A stretch of 53,938 bases of DNA from Atractiella rhizophila (taxonomy: Eukaryota), in assembly GCA_021432655.1 (NCBI GenBank), contig MU271252.1, positions 67,357 through 121,294 on the forward strand. Direction: 5' to 3'. Numbering within the stretch: position 1 is the stretch's first letter; each line of letters opens with the position of its first letter. Below, piece by piece: positions 48,558 to 53,938 of this stretch. Below the pieces are notes generated by a model. The model did no database searches and was not told the origin of the DNA. It was given only the letters and a program-made list of their open reading frames with translations. Both the position numbers and the translations under genes were made by a program.

Positions 48558-51500
48558 ATGGCCTACATTCCCTCGTTGAAGCAGGGAACGGAGGTAAGAT
48601 TTCTGTCTTTGCTTTTCCGAGTCTCTTCGCACGTCTAACATGTATTTGTATGTTAAAAGGAAAGTCGCCGCAAAACCCTGATTTCGCATCCAACTGGCCT
48701 TCAAACTCCTGCCGACGAATCCAAATTCCCAACTTCTACCCAGTTCGCGGCTTATGCCATAGTCGCAGAACCTCCGCAGGCCGATGACCCTTCACTCTTT
48801 CCTCCTATTTCCGTACCTGATAACCATTCATTGGCCGCATTCAATGATCGTCCACAAACGCTCAGGCAACCTGCACCTACATTTGGCACAAACATCTTCG
48901 GCGGCGGGATCCATCCCGTTGGACCTCAGCCAGGTTTCGACCACGACACCGCTGTTGTGCAACATTTTCAACACGCACTTCACGGACCACTTCAACACTC
49001 TGTACCTTCTCCGCTCTCAGATCTCCCAAGTTACTACTCACACACCCCGAGCAGTATGCTGCCGCCCGGCAGCTCTCGAATAGATGGCTCATGCATGCGG
49101 CACGGACGGCAGAGGGAGAGGGAGCAAGAAGCTGAATTTCCTAACAAGAGGATGTGGTCAGACCCTGCTTTCCCCCATTCCAACAGACTGCCTCCTGAAC
49201 ATGAGGTGAGCCGCTCGCCCTCACGCGGCCGGGCAAGCCATCATCTGCTACCACCATCCACGATGAACGAAGGTGGAGACAGTTTAGATGCCTGGGAAAG
49301 GTGGAGACGGTCAGACCTCGGTGAGCGTATCCTTCCTTAGACTAAGAGATTCGAAGGGAGCCGCAATATTCGATTCATCTTTGAACGCTACCATTTCATT
49401 TCCTTAGCTGGAACAATAACCCTTCTTATCCATATTCTGCCCAACTCCCTTAGAGAAACAAAATCTTACTGACGTCATCCGATAGAAAGGAGATTTCTTG
49501 AAGCTAGCTTCAAGCAGCAATCGCAGCTTCAAGCTTGCGCTCAGTCGATCGATAGCCATGATCATCGTGGCTCCCAACTTCGTCCAGCCCCAACGATGTC
49601 CAACATGCTGCTCAATCTCGGCCTTCAGATGCGTCCGTTACAGGAACCATGCATAGTGCAACTGTCCAATGGCTGCATCCTCTCTCCCACCATGGGGCAC
49701 GCCCAGGGCCAACGCGCCACCCGCGATGATGTTCCCCAACCCGCCTCAAAAAGCGTCACCCAAGGGGTCCCTCTAGGTGTGGGCGTTTTTCGAGGATGTA
49801 ATCATCCCCAAGCGGCATATGCCTCTATCAGATCCCAGTCAGGGTTGACCCCGCAGGAGATCATGAGAAAGTCCAATCCCCCCTTATTGCGGCCCGGCCA
49901 TCCTCCGCCGCACTCCAGGGGCACGTTCCCCCATCCTCTCCCTATCGCCAATCAGACCATGGAAAGCATGCCTCCCAACAAACCCTTCCCAGCAATGGTT
50001 ATGCGGAATTTGCACAACCCCCGATCCTCATCCTCTAATCCTCCCCTCAATCGGCGGGAGCAGTTCGTCACACCCGCTCCGCATTGGAATGAATCACCAC
50101 AGAACCCAGGGAGTCCAAACACCTCCTGTTCGCAATCCTTCATCAGTCTGCTGAATCAGAAGCAGGGATTTCCCCCCATCCCTCTTTCACCCAACAACCC
50201 GCGCTTCCCCTGCGTTAGCCGCAGCCCTCATCCAGCATCTTCTGCCATAGGAGGAAAAACCATCTCGTCGCAGTCCAACAAACGGGAAAACGCGCAAGGA
50301 CAACATACTCCTCTTCCCAGTTCCTCTCCTTCTCGACCCGTGCGGGTTCGACCTCCAAGGACAGCGAACCCTCAGGAGGAGATGATCAGAGCAATCAATA
50401 CGGTCCTTCCTGGTGTCACTCTTCAACAACTCACCTCCACCCTCACCGAGTTTCCAGTTAAGCACCGCGACGTGGAGATGGCGTTCAAGGTGGTGCAGGA
50501 GTTCCATCACAACTGGGATACAGAGGAGAAGAATAGGAGTATTCTGTTGTATACTGCTTCAACTTCTGTTCTGAAGCTCTGGTGGAACTCTGTGATGAAG
50601 GGAAAGCAATCCGTGTACATGAGTGGAGAAGCATGGAACAAAAGTTCGCTCACTTGTCTGCCCCTTCTGCCTGTTCTCCCACAGGCAAACAAACCTCCTC
50701 CAACGCAGCAACAACATCGAGTTCTGACCGCTGCATCCATTCTTGCATTGCCTATTGAGCTGTTGGACCTCATTTTCGAGTATCTCCTTGCACAGGAGGA
50801 CAGAAGTTCAGCATTTGATCTCTGGCAAAACCAGTTCAAGAAGTATGGATCGGTATGCAGGCTATGGCAGGAGCGACTGATGGGACTATCACCGGAACCC
50901 AGCACCGCCCAAGAAAAGGTTGACTATTTGAAGCGCTTCAAAGTCTTTCAACGACGTTGGTTCACGATCAAATACAGTTATTCGGATATGAATCACTTTC
51001 CCCTCCATATATTGATGTCAGACATTGTCCCTAACCAGACTGTCTCCCATCTATGTCTCGCATATCCAGCGGTTAAGGAAGAACGTTTGCCATTGTTAGA
51101 GCTAGCTCATCTCGAAACAATCAAGCAGTTGGAGTTGGATGGCTGGGACGAGTCTACCGCCATTGATTGTGTGCTCAACCGACGGTCCTCACGTCTCGTG
51201 TCAGTTAGCTTGGTGCAATTGCACACACCTCTTTCAGAGCCTGCAGCCAAGCACGACCTCAGTGCCATGAATCTCGAGCAGCTTCATGTTGAGTTTGGAA
51301 GCGAGTTGTTCATGACTTCTCTGATGATGTTTGGAGTTCAGATGGCACACCACATATGTTTACGCCCACTTAGCCCAATCGCTCCATTCTCCGATCAACA
51401 GCAACAAGCACTCCGAGCCCTTGTTATATGCTATGAAGCAGACTCGACTTTTGACATCCAGGAAGTTGTTTTCAGTGAACCTTTGGGGCTATCAAACTCT

Positions 51501-52292
51501 CAGAATCTTCTTCGGCTTGAGATTGATGGAGGACATGAAAACAGCAATATCTTGTCAAACGATTTCTTCTTACAGCTTCAAAGTGCTGTGCAGCTGGAGA
51601 TGCTTGCCCTGTACTTTTGCCTCTTTGATTCTGGAGAATTATTTAATTTCTGCTGCAATTTCTTTCAAGCCAAAGGCACTGAACTACATCTCAAGCTCTT
51701 CTATGAACAATGGAATGAGGAAGAAGTACAGCTTTTGGACGAGTTTGGTGGGTCACTGGCTAGTGAGCTGCAGTGGAAAGACAACTGCCAGTTCTTCATT
51801 AACACGGACGAGGAATCTTTTTCAATCAAGAGGGACAGAGCTGGGGTACGAGCTTTTAAGAACCAAGATATAATGGTGCAGTATTGTCTTGAGCCACAAA
51901 GACAACAACTCTATGGCGCTATCCACAAAGCAACAAAGCAAATCTCTGAGATATCCTTCGAGCAATACACACAGCTGGAAGGAGATACAAGACGCCTTCG
52001 GTTTTTGCTCACAAATGATTGTCCTAGAATTTTCACCTATCATCGAAGATCTACTTGGACAAACAAGATGCCTGTAGAGATCTTTCCTTGGAACGACTTC
52101 AGCCTGTGGATTAAAGGCATTGCAGCCTATTTTGGAACTTGTTACCATAGTTCACCATATTTAGAAGCTAACAAATATGTACCTGATAAAGCTTCTCGAG
52201 CACACTTTAGCAGATGTCGTCACCATCGGATCAATGGATTGGATTTGTCTCAGATGTGTGAAGAGATGATGCCGCTGTATGCATTCTTCTGA
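48558..52292 (+). CDS. Large F-box protein with Pro-rich N-terminus and LRR-like region
   Basis: Three exons join in frame (48558.., 48660-49320, 49486-52292). F-box ILALPIELLDLIFEYL..VCRLW followed by Leu-rich repeats. Confidence 0.75.
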
Positions 52293-52437
52293 TCTCTATT
52301 TAAACGGTCTAATCACATTGTTGGCATAAATAAGGAATAGCAGATGGAGGAGGGCAATATGAACATTAAAACTAGTGGATATGGTGGATAGAAGATATTG
52401 TATGCTACTAAGGGTACTTTAGGGTTCAACCCTGGCT

Positions 52438-52929
52438 CTACTACTATTCCTTCGCGACGGAACTGTTCCGTCAGTCAAATTTGGCTGGGGAACGGAGTTA
52501 GGGTCAGGGCCAAGGTGAGTCCCGTCAGCCCAGTTGCGAGGCTCTGACTGACGGAACTAACCTGACGGGATGGAACGCACCGTTGAGTCCCGTCAGCTCG
52601 GACGTGACGGCCAAATCGTCTCGCGAGGTGGGGATCAGCCCCGACGCGAACCCGCTCAAACATGCGAGGTTGATCGCGAGGGCGCCCAGTTCGCTACCGG
52701 TCGCGAAGTGGGCACTTCGTGTCGCTGGCTGGCTGCAACGTGCGAAGTGCCTTCCAGTCGCGAAAGGTCAAGTTTGGTTCAGCGATGGGTTGCAATGTGC
52801 GAAGTGCCCCTGTAGTTGCGAGGGAGCAGATGTGCGAGAGAGCAAACTCACGGGACAACAAACTCGCGAGAGAGCAAACTCTCGAGACGGCCAACTCGGG
52901 AGGCAGCAAACTACCGAGGTGAACGCAAA
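52438..52929. mobile_element. Non-autonomous repeat element B (~490 bp) between 35-bp direct repeats
   Basis: Direct repeats 52405-52439 and 52930-52964; terminal CTACTACTA, palindrome 52456-52472, repeated CCGTCAG/CTGACGG motifs; second copy starts at 53837. Confidence 0.65.
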
Positions 52930-52943
52930 CTACTAAGGGTACT

Positions 52944-53530
52944 TTAGGGTTCAACCCTGGCTCTTTCAGGAATGAGATCCAGGCTGAATCCTTGCCTCCT
53001 GGGCACCTAGGGTACAACCCTGCCTATGTCAGGAACTGGATCCTGGCTGAATCCTTGCCTCCTCGCGGCCCAGGGTACAACCCTGCCTATGTCAGGACAT
53101 GATCCTGCCTACATCCTTGCCTCCTCGCTACCTAGGGTACAACCCTGCCTCTTTCAGAAATGAGATCCAGGCTGAATCCTTGCCTCCTCGCGGCCCAGGG
53201 TACAACCCTGCCTGTATCAGGACATGATCCTGCCTACATCCTTGCCTCCTCGCTGCCTAGGGTACAACCCTGCCTCTTTCAGGAATGAGATCCAGGCTGA
53301 ATCCTTGCCTCCTGGCTGCCTAGGGTACAACCCTACCTCTATCAGGAACAAGATCCTGGCTAGATCCTTGCCTGTTAGGCACCCAGGGTACGACCCTGAT
53401 GCTATCAGGAACAGGATCCCACCTACATCCTTGCTTCCTCGCCGCCTAGGGTACAACCCTGTGTGTGTCACAAACAGGATCCTGGCTATATCCTTGCCTC
53501 CTAGGCACCCAAGGTGCGACCCTGCCCCAA
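52944..53530. repeat. 62/63-bp minisatellite, about 9 units
   Basis: Anchor GGGT(A/T)CAACCCT or variant at 52947, 53010, 53073, 53135, 53198, 53260, 53323, 53386, 53449 and 53512. Confidence 0.95.
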
Positions 53531-53836
53531 TAAAAACAGCATCATTACAAAACTGTTGTCTCTTAGTCAACCAGGGTAGAACCCTGCCATAGATAGGAAT
53601 AACAATCCAGTCAAATTGTCATGTAAGTATAAACACTCGCAGGCACAGGCAATGGCCTCTCTAAGACATCTTAAAACACTTATATATTGAAATCCTTGCT
53701 TCATTGGAGAGCTTTGGTTCATATTTCGTATATATGTCCAATTGAACAAAGTACATTCAAAGTTGCAAAATTAATTTATAACAGTTAGAAATGTGTCTGT
53801 TGTACGTTATTATCGATAAGTGCAATTTTGGCAAAA

Positions 53837-53938
53837 CTACTACTATTCCTTCGTGACGGAACAGTTCCGTCAGTCAAATTTGGCTGGGGAATGGAGTTAG
53901 GGTCAGGGCCAGGGTGAGTCCCGTCAGCCCAGTCGCGA
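53837..53938. mobile_element. Second copy of element B, cut by the window edge
   Basis: Matches 52438-52539 with 5 substitutions in 102 nt. Confidence 0.8.

Noticed and set aside
52498..52516. Telomere or telomerase template
   Set aside because: Only one exact TTAGGG plus degenerate units, inside element B.
53040..53100. GCC-TCCTCGC-GGC resembles the P3/L3 core of HDV-like ribozymes, with a possible P1 ATCCTGG/CCAGGGT
   Set aside because: No GG follows P1 to form P1.1, and most units vary at the P3/L3 positions.
52944..53530. CRISPR-like array
   Set aside because: Eukaryotic context; inter-repeat segments are homologous rather than unique spacers; no cas genes.

Overview
Intron-rich fungal nuclear DNA with short GT-AG introns and CTRAC-like branch points. 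Gene content suggests a basidiomycete, possibly Pucciniomycotina (inference). Genes in order: a frameshifted AA11-like LPMO 5' end, a CSC1/OSCA (Rsn1-like) channel, a proline iminopeptidase, a DM9/DUF3421 protein, two identical convergent intron-containing tRNA-Gly(GCC), a phenol 2-monooxygenase, an orphan with a possible recombinase core-binding motif, an M43 metalloprotease with one in-frame TGA, BUD20, a dual-specificity phosphatase, a DUF6534-like membrane protein, a kinesin, a GH79 hydrolase, a Dnf1-type P4-ATPase and an F-box protein. The right end is a repeat/mobile-element cluster with a 62/63-bp minisatellite. Two tandem duplications (1.38 kb diverged, 447 bp identical) may be assembly overlaps. 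The best leads are the unusually long structured introns (GC-AG donor, candidate poison exon, a motif set shared by two introns), the CTACTA-ended elements and the two disrupted secreted-enzyme genes. I cannot demonstrate a complete novel system from sequence alone. Gene models were spliced by eye and RNA pairings read by eye, with no folding or database search.
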